Below are positions 1 through 12,336 of a stretch of 64,000 nucleotides of DNA, one piece after another. Below the pieces are notes generated by a model that had not been told where the DNA came from, ran no database searches, and saw only the letters and a list, made by a program, of their open reading frames with translations. Source of the DNA: an uncultured Chloroflexia bacterium (lineage in GTDB: Bacteria > Chloroflexota > Chloroflexia > Thermomicrobiales > UBA6265). A program made the translations under genes and the position numbers. The stretch lies in contig CAVRUC010000012.1 of assembly GCA_963724295.1 (NCBI GenBank), positions 1 through 64,000 of the forward strand. The letters are read 5' to 3'. Position 1 is the first letter of the stretch. Every line of letters begins with the position of its first letter.

Positions 1-457
1 AAGCGAACCGGATCGGTCGCGTGATACGACAAATGAGCTTGACACCATCCAGGTTGCGGTGGCACCGCCACGCCCCAAGGCTGGGCGCTCCGGACGCGAA
101 GCGTCTCATCATGCGGAGCAGGCCAATTCGACTCGCATTGGCCTGAACTGGGAGGAGTCGCGGGCGTATCTCGACGCCTTCGAGACTCTGCGGGTAGCCC
201 CCGAGCGCGCGCGGCGGGCGGTGGAGTCATGGGCATCCTGATCGTCTCGCTCGCTTTTGGGCAACACAAGAACGAGCGACATCGTCAATCCAGGGGCAGT
301 CGCGATGTCGATGCAATTGCCGGCAAACGGAAATTCCGGACCAAGACATTTCACCCGTTTATTTGTGCGCCGCGATAATTCGCCACCTCGGGGTTCGCCA
401 AGCTATCATCGGTCCATAAATGGAGGATAATCCGTCTCTACTCCCCGGGGGATTTGC

Positions 458-3025
458 GTGGTCGCAGCGACTGAAGCTCCGCTTGAAACACAAGTGGCCG
501 AGATCGGGAAAGAGGAGGACCGAGTCCCCGTATCCATCGGCCCGCAGTTCCTGAACTCTTCAGCGAGCACCTGTATTCCTCGCCGAACAAGGCCTTCGAG
601 GAGCTCGTCTGGATTCCTGGCCGCCGGGGCGCTCACTGTCTACGTCGGGGTGCCGCAAGATTTGTCCGACCCGCTTGCGGCGGTCTGGGTACTGGACGAC
701 GGCGATTCCATGGATTTAGCAGGCTTGCATGCGCTCTGGGCGATTGCCAAGTCGAACAAACGCCTTGCCCCACCGAGCAGCGGGCGCCCCCAGATCGGAA
801 AGTTCGGCATTGGGAAACTGGCCACCTACATCCTCGCCAACCAGCTCACCTACGTCTGCAAGGCCACTGACGGCGCCATTCGCGCCGTAACGATGGATTA
901 TCGCGATGTCCATGAGCAGGCAGTTTCGGCTGACGAGTTGCACAACCCCGTCCCGGTAACCCTGCCCGTGCGTCGCCTCGACGATTCTGAGTTGGATGAA
1001 CTCCTACGGTCTTTCGCAGGCGGGGACCGCATCCGCGAGCTTATTCACTCCGGCGTTCCGCGGCCAGCCTTCGATGATGAAACCGAGAACGAGTTCAACG
1101 GTGAGGCCATACCAGTTCCGCCAAAGAGCGAAACGTGGACGCTCGCGCTCCTGACGGCGCTTAAACCGATCGGCCAGCGGATGCAGGCTGGGTGGATCCG
1201 CAGGTTGCTCCGAACAGCACTTCCGCTTGGCGACGGGCTGGTTATCGTGTTCAACGACGAGCCACTACCTCCGTCGAAAATTGAGATCGGCGTTGCAAAG
1301 GACTGGGTGATCGGAACAGCCTCGGGATTCCGTACGTCCGGCTGGACGACGATGAGGCCCTCCCGGTCGCAGAGTCGGACGGACACGTCACGATCGACGG
1401 GATCGGCGTAGTACCGGTCGGGTACGGCTTTACAAAGAGCGGATATCCGGCGGCAAGAGCGACGCCGCGGGTGCTTCGAACGGGTTCTTCATCAACATCC
1501 GTGGGCGTGTCATCAACGTCGACGACCAGTACATCGGCCTGGATAATCTGAACCACGCGGCCTGGGCCAAGTTTAGGGCAACGGTGCAAGCAGACGGGTT
1601 GGACGGGCGACTCGCTGTAAACCGAGAGAGCCTGCTGCAGACTCCGGTTGTCGAGGGATTCCGGCGGTTTCTCTGGCGCTCTTCAACAAGGCTCGCGCCA
1701 AGCACGACAGTGCGGCCCGGGCGGCTTGGCCAGACGCAGGCAACGTCCTAACCAACCCATGGAGTGCAGTTCCTCTGAGCCCTTGCGGCGGGTCATCGAG
1801 CAAGGGCTTGGGAGCGCTCGGGGCTTGCCAGAATTCGTCGATGCGTCCGGCGTGGAGAATCCTCTCGAGTTCCTTGACGAGTGGCGGCAGCGACCGACGG
1901 CCCAAAGCGGGGAGCTCATCGAGGAGGTGGAGTTTCAGTCGCTCCTGCCCGATGATCCGCTGGTCAAGTACGACCTAGCCAAACGACGCGTGGTGGTGAA
2001 CAGTAATCACCCGTTCGTGTTGGAGTACGGGGGAACCCACGACCAGCAACTTGTCCTCCGCGACACGGCGCTCGTCGATCTGCTCACCGAGCTTTTCATG
2101 GTGGATGTCGGCGTTCACGAACAGACTCGTCGCGACGTGTCGCAGCACCGGGACCAGATGCTCCGCCTGCTGGCACAGGTGCGTCGCGACAGCGTTGCAG
2201 GTGGCAAAGCTCCTCCTTGACGCGACCAGCCACGCCAAAGGCTTCGAAACGGTCGTTGGTGACGCACTGGAGCACCTCGGATTCGTATTACGACGACTCG
2301 GCGACAGTGGTCAACCAGAGGGCGTCGCCACCGCGCCGATACCACCCGAACCAACGGATCGGCGCGAACCCGACCGAGTCAAGACATACAGCTTCACCTA
2401 CGACGCGAAGTCGACAAGCGGGTCCAGATTGTCGGCCGGCCATGTTCGCGTTTCCGGCCTCGTGCGCCACCGGGACAATTGGGATGCGGACCACGTATTG
2501 GTCGTAGCGCCGGATTTCCAAGGCGGAGAGGCGCTTCAAAAAGAGTGTGAAAAACACCGCGTCACGCCGATGCGGGCGCGGGATCTCGCGAGGCTACTGA
2601 TGGTGGCGGCAGCAACGGGTCCTTTCGACCTAGATGCGTTCCGCTCGCTATTCACGAACACAGACCCAGATGCAGTGAGCGCGTGGGTAGATGAAGCCGT
2701 AGCGGCCGCTCAAGCATCGATCCCCCGCGTTTCGCTGGCGCTACTTTTCCAAGTCGGTGACGAGATCGGATTCGATGGTCCCAACGCGGTGCATCTCAAG
2801 GTCATCGCCGATCGCATGGGCCAGCACCTGGGGAAGGGCAACCAACCCGCAGAGCAAGACGTGCACAGCGCGATCGAGGGCGTCTCGGTGCTGGTCCCGA
2901 ATCTGGTACGGATTGCACAGGACGGCAACGTGTTCTTTAGTGCTCCGCCCAGCGCCGTGCTGGAGGCTATCCGCCGGGAAATCAGCGCTATCCAGAGGAG
3001 TACCGATTCGGGATTGACGGTATGA
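458..3025 (+). CDS. MORC-like GHKL ATPase with C-terminal PD-(D/E)xK restriction-endonuclease-like domain (several frameshifts; ORFs 458-1411, 1648-2220 and 2051-3025 are pieces of one gene)
   Basis: LFSEHLYSSPNKAFEEL read across a frameshift, VWVLDDGDSM, IGKFGIGKLA (GHKL motifs); C-terminal GFETVVGDALEHLGF...GQPEG...YDAKS resembles Mrr-type nucleases. Confidence 0.75.
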
Positions 3026-3081
3026 TCGCGGAGTTAGATGAAGGGGACGCACTTGCGTGGATGACAATCTTGGGGAGTCGT

Positions 3082-4262
3082 ATGGCGGCGGTCCAACCGA
3101 TCCACCCGTTCCCGGCCCGAATGGCGCCCGAGATCGCCCTCAACGAATGCGTGCGCCTTCCTCGAGGCGCTGTTGTTTTGGATCCCATGGCCGGCTCCGG
3201 CACCGTGCTGCGAGCAGCCTCGGACCAGGGACTTCAAGGCCTTGGGTACGACCTCGACCCGCTCGCCGTGCTGCTGGCAAAGGTTTCGACCACTCCACTT
3301 GACCCATACCTGTTGCAGGAGGCGGCGACAAGCGTCGTCTCGACTGCGTCGGCTCGCGAACCGTTGACCATACATCTTCCGTGGATTGACGATGATCCCG
3401 AAACCCATCGCTTCGTCAATTACTAGTTTGATGAGCCTCAGACGAGGGACCTGCGCCGGTTGAGTGCGGTCATAGGAGAAGTTGCCGGCCCAATTGGGGA
3501 CGCGCTTCGCGTCGCACTCAGTTGCATCATCGTCACGAAAGATCGCGGCGCGTCGCTCGCTCGGGATGTTTCGCACAGCCGGCCGCATCGGGCATGGGAT
3601 CACACGGACTTCGACGTGTTCTCAGGGTTCAGTAGATCGGCAAATCGCTTGGCACAGCGCATGGAAAAGTCCCCGACTCAGGGCAATGTCCTTGTCGAGG
3701 CCGGCGATGCACGTTCCCTGCGGACACTCCAAGCGGCTTCGGTCGATGCAGCCATCACATCGCCGCCCTACCTGAATGCTATCGACTATCTCCGTGGACA
3801 CCGGCTAAGTCTTGTTTGGCTTGGGCACCGAGTGGGCGATCTGCGGGTGACCCGCGCGGAGAGTATCGGTGCCGAGCGCCGCCGGATCCCGCTGCCGACG
3901 AGGATCTGGCCGAAGCAATCTGCTCTGAATTGGCCGGAACGGGCCAATTGCCAGAGCGCCTCCGCCGAATGATCCACCGCTACGCCTTGGACATGTTCGC
4001 AGTGGTCACTGAACTGCATCGGGTCGTGCAAGTAGGCGGGACGGTCGTACTCGTCATTGGGAAATCGTGCCTGCGAGGTGTATTCATCGAGAACGCCCGG
4101 GTGATCACTCGTCCCGCGGAAGAAATTGGGTTTCGCCTGGTCGGGAGACATGAACGCGAACTTCCGCCGTCGCGTCGATATTTGCCGCCCCCCGTGGACG
4201 CGCGCCACTCAACCCTCGAAAAGCGAATGCGAACAGAAAGCGTCTTGAGCTTCCAGCGCTGA
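3082..4262 (+). CDS. Site-specific DNA methyltransferase (N4-C/N6-A), interrupted by in-frame TAG at 3424-3426 and a frameshift near 3885
   Basis: HPFPARM, motif I LDPMAGSGT, motif IV ITSPPY; GGGGAG RBS before ATG 3082. Confidence 0.85.
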
Positions 4263-4435
4263 GCAAATGTGGGGCTAGGTCGGCGCCACTGTTGTGGTGG
4301 CGAACGATTCGGGGAGCAAATCCTGTCGAAATCCAACTAAATTCGGGAACGCAGAGCAGTGGACTCTGACTCTAATTCGTCGTGAGGTCGACGACGATAT
4401 GCCAATGGCCACCCTATTCAGGGAGCACAGACGCC

Positions 4436-5076
4436 GTGGCAGCTAATCAGGACTGGCCCACAGATAAGGCAGCGGAAGACCTCTACACGCGACTGCGTGA
4501 AGGAGACCCGGTTGCGCCGGCGGACCTTGCGGAGGCTTACTTCCAACCCCTCATCAACACTTTGACGAGATCCAATCCCGGCACTGATGCCCACCTCTGC
4601 TATGAAGCTGCCGGCGAGGCCATCCTGGTGCTGATCAAGAATCCAAAATCGTATCAGCCAACCCGCGGAACGCTCGATCTGTACTTGCGCATGTCGGCCC
4701 AAGGCGATCTCCGCAACCTGTTGGAGAAGGAGCGGAGGCATCGCCGGCGACGCGCAACCTTCGAAGTTGTCGAACTTTCTCACCGGAATCGGAATGTAGG
4801 GCAGGAGGATTCGAATGATCCAGCAGTGATCGTCGAGCGGCAAATGGATGAGGCGGTAGCGAACACGCTCACGTTGCCGCCGACCGGCACAGTTTCCTTC
4901 ACCTCACAAGAGGCTGAGGTGCTGACACTCATGCGGCAAGGAGAACGTCGAACTCTCGAATTCGCCCGGGTCCTAGGCATCTCGGAATTACCTGCAGAGC
5001 AACAACGGCGTGAGGTCAAGCGTGTCAAAGATCGCATCAAGCGCCGTGTGGAGCGAGCGGAGGTAGAGATGGATGA
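4436..5076 (+). CDS. ECF-like sigma-70 family factor
   Basis: Region-2-like segment (YLRMSAQGDLRNLLEKERR) and region-4-like HTH (FTSQEAEVLTLMRQGERRTLEFARVLGI); GGAG RBS before GTG 4436; stop inferred at TGA 5074-5076 assuming one dropped G. Confidence 0.65.
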
Positions 5077-5447
5077 GCCGCTTGCAGTCCTTGCTCGGCG
5101 CGTGGAAACGGATCCTTATTTTCTGGGCTATGCCCTTGCACAATACGAGAAGACTAGGTTTTTGCCGATGACGATTTGGCGAAAGTCCTGGGATGCGATA
5201 TTGCCACCCTGACCCGTCTGCGCCTCTGTCGAAGTCCCCGGCGCGAGACCGCACTTTTTCGGCAGGACGTCGGTCGCATCGCATCCGCTTTTAAGATCGA
5301 TGATGAGCGCCTGGGGGAAGCCGTACGGCGAGCCGATGCGCTCGATGCCTTGAAGACAGCGTTGGCTGAGCATGGATTCCTGATGGCTGCCCAAGATCAA
5401 GACGGCGGCAACGAACGCCCTCTTCAGACCAGAGTCAAGAGAGATGA
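5069..5447 (+). CDS. Small HTH-like protein, candidate anti-sigma or peptidase substrate (frameshift near 5160; 3' end approximate)
   Basis: GGAGGT RBS before ATG 5069; MDEPLAVLARRVETDPYFLGYAL...DDLAKVLGCDIATLTRLRLC...GFLMAAQD. Confidence 0.55.
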
Positions 5448-6177
5448 GAATTCCGCTCTGGGTTTCGGAAACTGCCGAATGGTTTTGGGCGACCGCCAGG
5501 CAGACGAACCGTTCCCGCGAAATCTGCGACGGGCCGTGGCTCAAGCGCTTCCTCTCGGTGGTCCTAATACCTGAAATGACGTTAAGTGCGACTGAAACGT
5601 GGCTCCAGCGGCAAGGTGCAGCGTATTCCATACGTCTCGCCGATCGCCCACTCCGTGCGTGTGTTCTTGCTCGGCACGGCCACGGATCCATGTTCATCGA
5701 TGGAGCGGATCCGGAGGATGAACAGCGTTTCTCCCTCGCCCATGAGTTAGCTCACTTCCTCCACGATTACTTTCTTCCGCGGAACGCGCAGTTGACGCCA
5801 TGGAGAAGAGATAGTTGACGTACTTGACGGCCTCCGGCCGGCCGAAGGTGACGAACGGGCCGCGGGCCTAATTCTCGACGTTCCCGTGAAGCCGTTTTTT
5901 CATTTAATGGACCGCTCGGGCGATGATTACCCGAACTTGACAATCAAGACTTTGGAAGACGCTGCTGATCGCCTGGCGTTTGAGCTCCTTGCTCCGTGGG
6001 ACACTGTGGTAGACCACATCGTCAACCACGACGGTTCTCACCCCACAAACGGTTGCTGACATATTAGTGGACCATTTCGGCCTCCCTTACGCCTCGGCCA
6101 AACGGTCGCAGAACTTGTTTGCTCCACACGAGCCAGCAGCAGACCCTTTACTCGGCTACCTGCGGGCGCGGCTCTGA
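5444..6177 (+). CDS. ImmA/IrrE family zinc metallopeptidase (frameshifted)
   Basis: EQRFSLAHELAHF (HExxH) and downstream EDAADRLAFELLAP; ends DPLLGYLRARL-TGA at 6177. Confidence 0.8.
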
Positions 6178-6210
6178 GTTGTCGAACTTTTTCGATGTTC
6201 TCCGAAATAA
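6177..6210 (+). promoter_or_regulatory. Candidate ECF-type promoter AGTTGTCGAACTTT...CGAAAT upstream of the NurA-like gene
   Basis: 14-bp exact match to 4765-4778; related TGTCGAA...GGAAC at 4324-4350. Confidence 0.45.
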
Positions 6211-6246
6211 AGGCAAAGACTTCACGTGTAGGAGCGATCGGAACCG

Positions 6247-7524
<1,278 letters not shown>

Positions 7525-7528
<4 letters not shown>

Positions 7529-9418
7529 CGCAGCCAACCGATCGAGCGATCTGATGGCGAGCAGCAGCCGAACTGACCGGGCTGGACATCGATGCGCCGG
7601 CGCCGAGACGATTTTCTGGTGCGGCTCGACGCTGCATATCGAAGCGGCCGGCGGCGAGCTGCTGCCCGATCCGGAGCCGGGTCGGCTCGATCGGCGCGAC
7701 CATGTTCGACCTGCCGAGCAGCGAGGACAACGCGATGATCTGTGCTGCTGCCCAGGGAGACGATGCAGGAGGCGCCGTCGCAGGCGCTCGTGCGCATCAA
7801 GAGCGCGGACGGCCGCGCTATCTCGGCATCGTCACCGCCGGCCCGTTCGCGGAGCCGGACAGCCTGCGCGGCGACTCCCACATGCTCGTCACCGTCGCCA
7901 CCCGTGGCGGCATCTTCCTGCCGCCCTATCACGGCCGGTCGAGGTCACGATCCTGGGCGAGGAGCTGGGCGACGGCTCCTTGACCCCGCCCCGGCTCCGC
8001 CCGCTGCCGAACAGCCCCGTGTTTGCCCTCGACGACGCCGAGTCCGCCGCCGTCCTCAAGACCGACGGCGACATGCGTCTCGGCCTCGTCGTTGGCTACG
8101 AGCATGTTGTCGTCGGCGTGCCGTCGGACCAGAAGTCGGTTCTGCCCGCGCCACACCGCCGTCCTCGGCACGACCGGCGGCGGCAAGTCGACGACCGTCT
8201 CCCGCCTCGTCCAGCAGGCGCAGCAGGCCGGCATGGCGGTCATCCTGCTCGACGTCGAGGGCGAATACACCTTCATGCACGAGCCGACCGACAGATCGCG
8301 CATGCTCTCTGGTCTGGAAGAGCGCGACCTGCAAGCCGGCCGGGCTGGAACCGACCAGGACCCGGCTCTATCACCTCATCGGCCGCGACACCGCCAACCC
8401 TGACCACCCCAATCTGCGGCCATTCTCCCTGCAATTTGCTCGGCTCTCCCCTTACGCGGTCATGGAGATCCTTGGCCTCACCGATGCGCAGCAGGAGCGG
8501 TTTCTCAACGCCTACGACATCGCCAAGGGCGTGATCCGCGACCTGGGCATCTTCCCGCGAAGGACAACCCGGTCAGCAACGAGATGCCATCGAGCTCGAC
8601 GAGTTCGAGCGTGGCTATCCGCGCCTGACGCTGCCGTTGATGATGGACGTCGTGGGCGCTGCCTCGAACGGTCGTCGCCAAACCGATCGACCCTTACACG
8701 GGGATCCTTGCAGCCGACGAGGCAAAAGGAGTGCTTCAGCGGCATATTCAAAGCGCGCAGATTCCGCAGAATGCGGTTTCCTGGCGGGCGTTGCTCGGCC
8801 GCTTGGGCGGCTCAGCCGCATCAAGGTGTTCGATCCTCCAACCGGCGAGAAACCGCTCTATTACGAGGATCTGCTGAAGCCGGGCGTCGGTCTCGATCAT
8901 CGATCTCTCTGATTCCGGCGCCTCGGAGTTGAACAACATCGTCATCGCCGATCTGCTGAGGGATTGCAGGAGGCGCAGGACGACGCATTTGCGGCTTACG
9001 AGACGGCCTCGAGAGATGGCGCAAGCTCGAGCCACCAACGCCCGTCCTGCTGGTCATCGAAGAGGCGCACGAGTTCCTGAGCTCGGAGCGCATCGACAAG
9101 ATGCCCATCCTCTTCCAGCAACTGGCTCGAATCGCCAAGCGCGGCCGCAAGCGCTGGCTGGGGCTGGTCTTCGTCACCCAATTGCCGCAGCACTTGCCGG
9201 CGCAGGTCTTCGGCCTCGTCAATTCGTATGTCCTGCACAAGATCACCGATCCCCAGGTCGTCAGCACCTTCAGCGAAAAGTGCGGCATCGACGACGGCCT
9301 CTGGAAGCGGCTGCCCGGCCTCGCTCCTGGTCAGGCCATCGTCTCATTTCCGCACATGACCCGGCCGCTGCTCGTCTCCATCGATCCCACGCCGACCAAG
9401 CTCCGCCTGGTCGATTAG
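7525..9418 (+). CDS. herA: HerA/FtsK-family ATPase with N-terminal HAS-barrel-like region (frameshifted)
   Basis: RHTAVLGTTGGGKS (Walker A), ILLDVEGEY, IEEAHEF (Walker B), RIAKRGRKRWLGLVFVTQLP. Confidence 0.85.
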
Positions 9419-9419
9419 C

Positions 9420-10284
9420 AGATCCCGCAGGCGGTGGTCGTCCAGGTCCGCAACTCGAGACCGGGAGATGGCCGCTGCGGGCATAAGGTCTCCTACCCGA
9501 CAGTTCTTCGTCGGGAGCGCGATCCATCCCTCAGTCCTGGCTCGCTCGACGACGACGGGCGCCGGAACGAGGCGGCCTTCTTCGTTGACGACACTCGGGT
9601 GGTCTGGGCGCCCGGTGAGGCCCAGCGCCGCCGCTCGCGCCACGAACGCTGCCATCACCGCGTCGAAGGCATCATGGTCGCGGGCGCACAGCGAGTGGTC
9701 TTCGTCAAGTAGACCCGGCCAGGAACAGGCATCGGATACTTTTCCGATAAGAGCGGTGAGCCCAGCACTCGATCCTTCGGATTTGTATCCCTGATGTGGC
9801 AAACCCCACGCTTTGAGCGCCGCCGCCGGATACACCTCGAAAACCCCATTGACTCCTGAACGATCGCGCACGCCCAGATCATCGAGGAGTCCGAGCACCG
9901 CATCGCCGGCAGTGCGATTTTGTCTGCTGCAACAGCCAAAGGCCAGAGGCCGAGCGTCTGCTGGACATAGAGGTCGGTCAGCCGAAAGGCGAGGCGCTTC
10001 CGCTCGGTTGGAGTCCAAGCTGACACCACTCGCTTGCCCGTGGGCGATCGGGTGACGAACTCTATGAACGGTTGCGGCCAGCCGAACGGGGCGTCAATCG
10101 CGATCGCGTCTCCCTCGGCACCGCTCGCGGTTCGCAGGTCTAGCTGATCTGCAAGATCGAGGATTCCCTTGTCGGTCAGCCCAATTTCGAGGGTCAGAAT
10201 CGCGGGCGGAGATTCGTTCCAATCTATGAGGCAAGCCGCGGTCTTTGCAGATTGTGAGGCAAGATCAATTCCGAGCGTACGCAT
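9420..10284 (-). CDS. DUF429 family predicted nuclease (frameshifted; 3' end approximate)
   Basis: MRTLGIDLA, IAIDAPFGWP, RLTD, FEVYPAAAL, DAFDAV, EGWIALP. Confidence 0.8.
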
Positions 10285-10559
10285 TGGGAGACTCCCTTCG
10301 TAGTGATGGGTGCTCACTGCGCAGGGACGTATCGACGGCAATACCATACAGCTAAGGCTATTGTCCTAGGCCTGCGGCGCCATTGTATGAAGTGAATGAA
10401 TACGAGAGTAGTATATGCCTATTCATCCATGCTGAGAAGCTTCGTGGTGACTTGCTTCCGTCTCTTGGACGCTAGGCGAAGGCCACATTGAGATTCGCCG
10501 CGAAAGCTGGTGGCCGACGGGATTTCAATACGGAGTCCCGCCTCGCCCCGACGGCACTC

Positions 10560-10892
10560 CGGCAATCAGAGCATGGCGAGGTCCAGAATCCTCCCCGCGG
10601 ATGAGCAAGCGCGAGGCCGAGGGCTGCTGGATGAGCTTGCCGGCTATGGGTTATTAGTCGTCCTGAACGGCGGCCTGGAGTCCTGGCTGCCACAATTTGG
10701 AAGTCCGTGGACCAAAGAGCGCGTAGCTCGACAACGTGTTCGGCCACATCAGCCAGCGAGGTCGATTCAAACCACGTGGCCGCGTCCGAAGCGGATGTCT
10801 GGAGCTTCATGGATGCAGTCGGAGGATGCGCATCCGACCCCAGCCGGCGAGGGCTCGACGGAACGGTCGCCGGCGAACCCTCCGTCAGGTGA
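10560..10892 (+). pseudogene. C-terminal remnant of an OLD-family (ATPase-TOPRIM) endonuclease
   Basis: LLDELAGYGLLVVLNGGLESWL and DVWSFMDAVGG...DPSRRG in two frames; no ATPase N-terminus; assignment from recalled family motifs. Confidence 0.45.
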
Positions 10893-11141
10893 CCGAGGAA
10901 CCTAGCGCGTGGTAGTTGTTCGCAGTATGACTGAGCATACTCTTGGTAATCGTGTTTTCCGGAATGATGACTTTTTCTCATTCGGGGCGCGCAGACCGCG
11001 AGAGGCTCCACCCCTGCTTCGATTAATTCCTGCACGGGTGTCCCTGCGGGTATTACGGCGTCCAGCGGCGCGCCTGCACTAGCGTCGCTGCGCCGATTGG
11101 CGGGGCTCTCAGAACTGATCCCGGCAGCCCTAGAGGCGGCC

Positions 11142-11300
11142 AGCCCGCACCTCCGCCACTCGCTCCTTGACCGCCGGGGCGATCTCGTCGATGAACATCC
11201 GCAGCCGCGGCGCCGTCGGCACGCCCCAGAGGACGAAGGTCGAGAAGCCGTGGTCGACGGCCAGATGGGTCAGGACGTTCACCCAGTGGTCGCGCGGTCC
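11142..11300. repeat. 159-bp direct repeat, copy 1 (orphan alternative 3' end of the LLM gene)
   Basis: Matches 12358-12516 with 4 mismatches. Confidence 0.95.
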
Positions 11301-11511
11301 ACGAGAGCTTTCAGGCCAGCCTTGCTAAGGAAGTCAGAGAGCAGCAGCGCTCTTGCCATCTGCCCTCCTGCAAGATCCAATAGAGGCGCGACCGTTCCGA
11401 GTTGAGCCAGAGGCTGACGGGTCGCCGTGTTATCACGGTCCTGACCTCGTGCCGGACGCGGGTCCGGTATTTTCAGACGAAGCGAAGCGACGTATTGAGG
11501 AGAGAGTACCG

Positions 11512-12036
11512 ATGACGAGTGAACTGGACGCCGGACTAACCAAAGGAAGTTACGCCTTTGTCACCACCACAGGCGGGAGGGCGTATCACGGTCAGGTCGA
11601 GAACAGCACCCAACGCGGCTTCTGGCTCGTCGGAGCTGCCGTCGTGTATGAGACGCCTCTCGACCACAAGTCCGAGCCGAAGCGGATGTTCATCGCCTGG
11701 GATGCCGTGGAGACGGTCATTGAATCCCCGGCGAATGCTGACGATGACGGGGAGGCGAGAACTGCGTCCTGGGAGGACGCCAAACGCTGGCAGCGGGATG
11801 TGCGAGGCGCAACGCTGCCCCATAACTTCTTGGGCGTTGATGTCCAGGTCAATCTGCACAGCGATGAAAATCGGTGGGGCCAAATCGAGGAGGTGAGGTC
11901 AACAGGGGTGTTGGTGGAGGACCGGCGTCGCTCCCACACCGCGTCATCAGAGCACGCAGGTCCAGGCCGGCGCAAGGTGCTGAGTTTCATCCCGTGGACC
12001 TCAATTGACTTCATCGAGTGGGAGCGCACCGATTAG
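11512..12036 (+). CDS. Hypothetical protein with two tandem Sm/LSm-like beta-barrel repeats
   Basis: GAGGAG RBS; two units of V..G.(V/I)....G..(L/V)...FI.W..(V/I)..I. Confidence 0.5.
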   Translation: MTSELDAGLTKGSYAFVTTTGGRAYHGQVENSTQRGFWLVGAAVVYETPLDHKSEPKRMFIAWDAVETVIESPANADDDGEARTASWEDAKRWQRDVRGATLPHNFLGVDVQVNLHSDENRWGQIEEVRSTGVLVEDRRRSHTASSEHAGPGRRKVLSFIPWTSIDFIEWERTD

Positions 12037-12336
12037 AAAGCGGACAACTCGACGTAACATGAGCAGCGAGTGGAGCGTGTAGCAGCAACAAACGAGCAAT
12101 GGTTGAAGCTCCGGGAGGAGATGAATCAGCGGAAAGCTCCAAGGACTGACTCAATTAGCGCGCTTATGGCCCGAACCAGGCCACAGCTAAGGAACCAGGT
12201 CAGGAGACGTCCAGCGCGTGCAGTTTGGGGTTCATTGGAGGTCACTGCGACCATCAGGTTCATCAAGTTCGTGCAGCATGACCCGCACCCACTCCTGCCG
12301 GAGGATCGAGACTCAGGCACGAGGCGGTGGAGCAGG

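Noticed and set aside
1..241. Possible 3' end of a gene at the window edge
   Set aside because: Too short and motif-free to assign
4382..5212. Apparent fusion of the sigma factor with the downstream small protein
   Set aside because: A strong GGAGGT RBS precedes ATG 5069, and adding one G gives ERAGGRDG-stop at 5076; most likely an indel artefact
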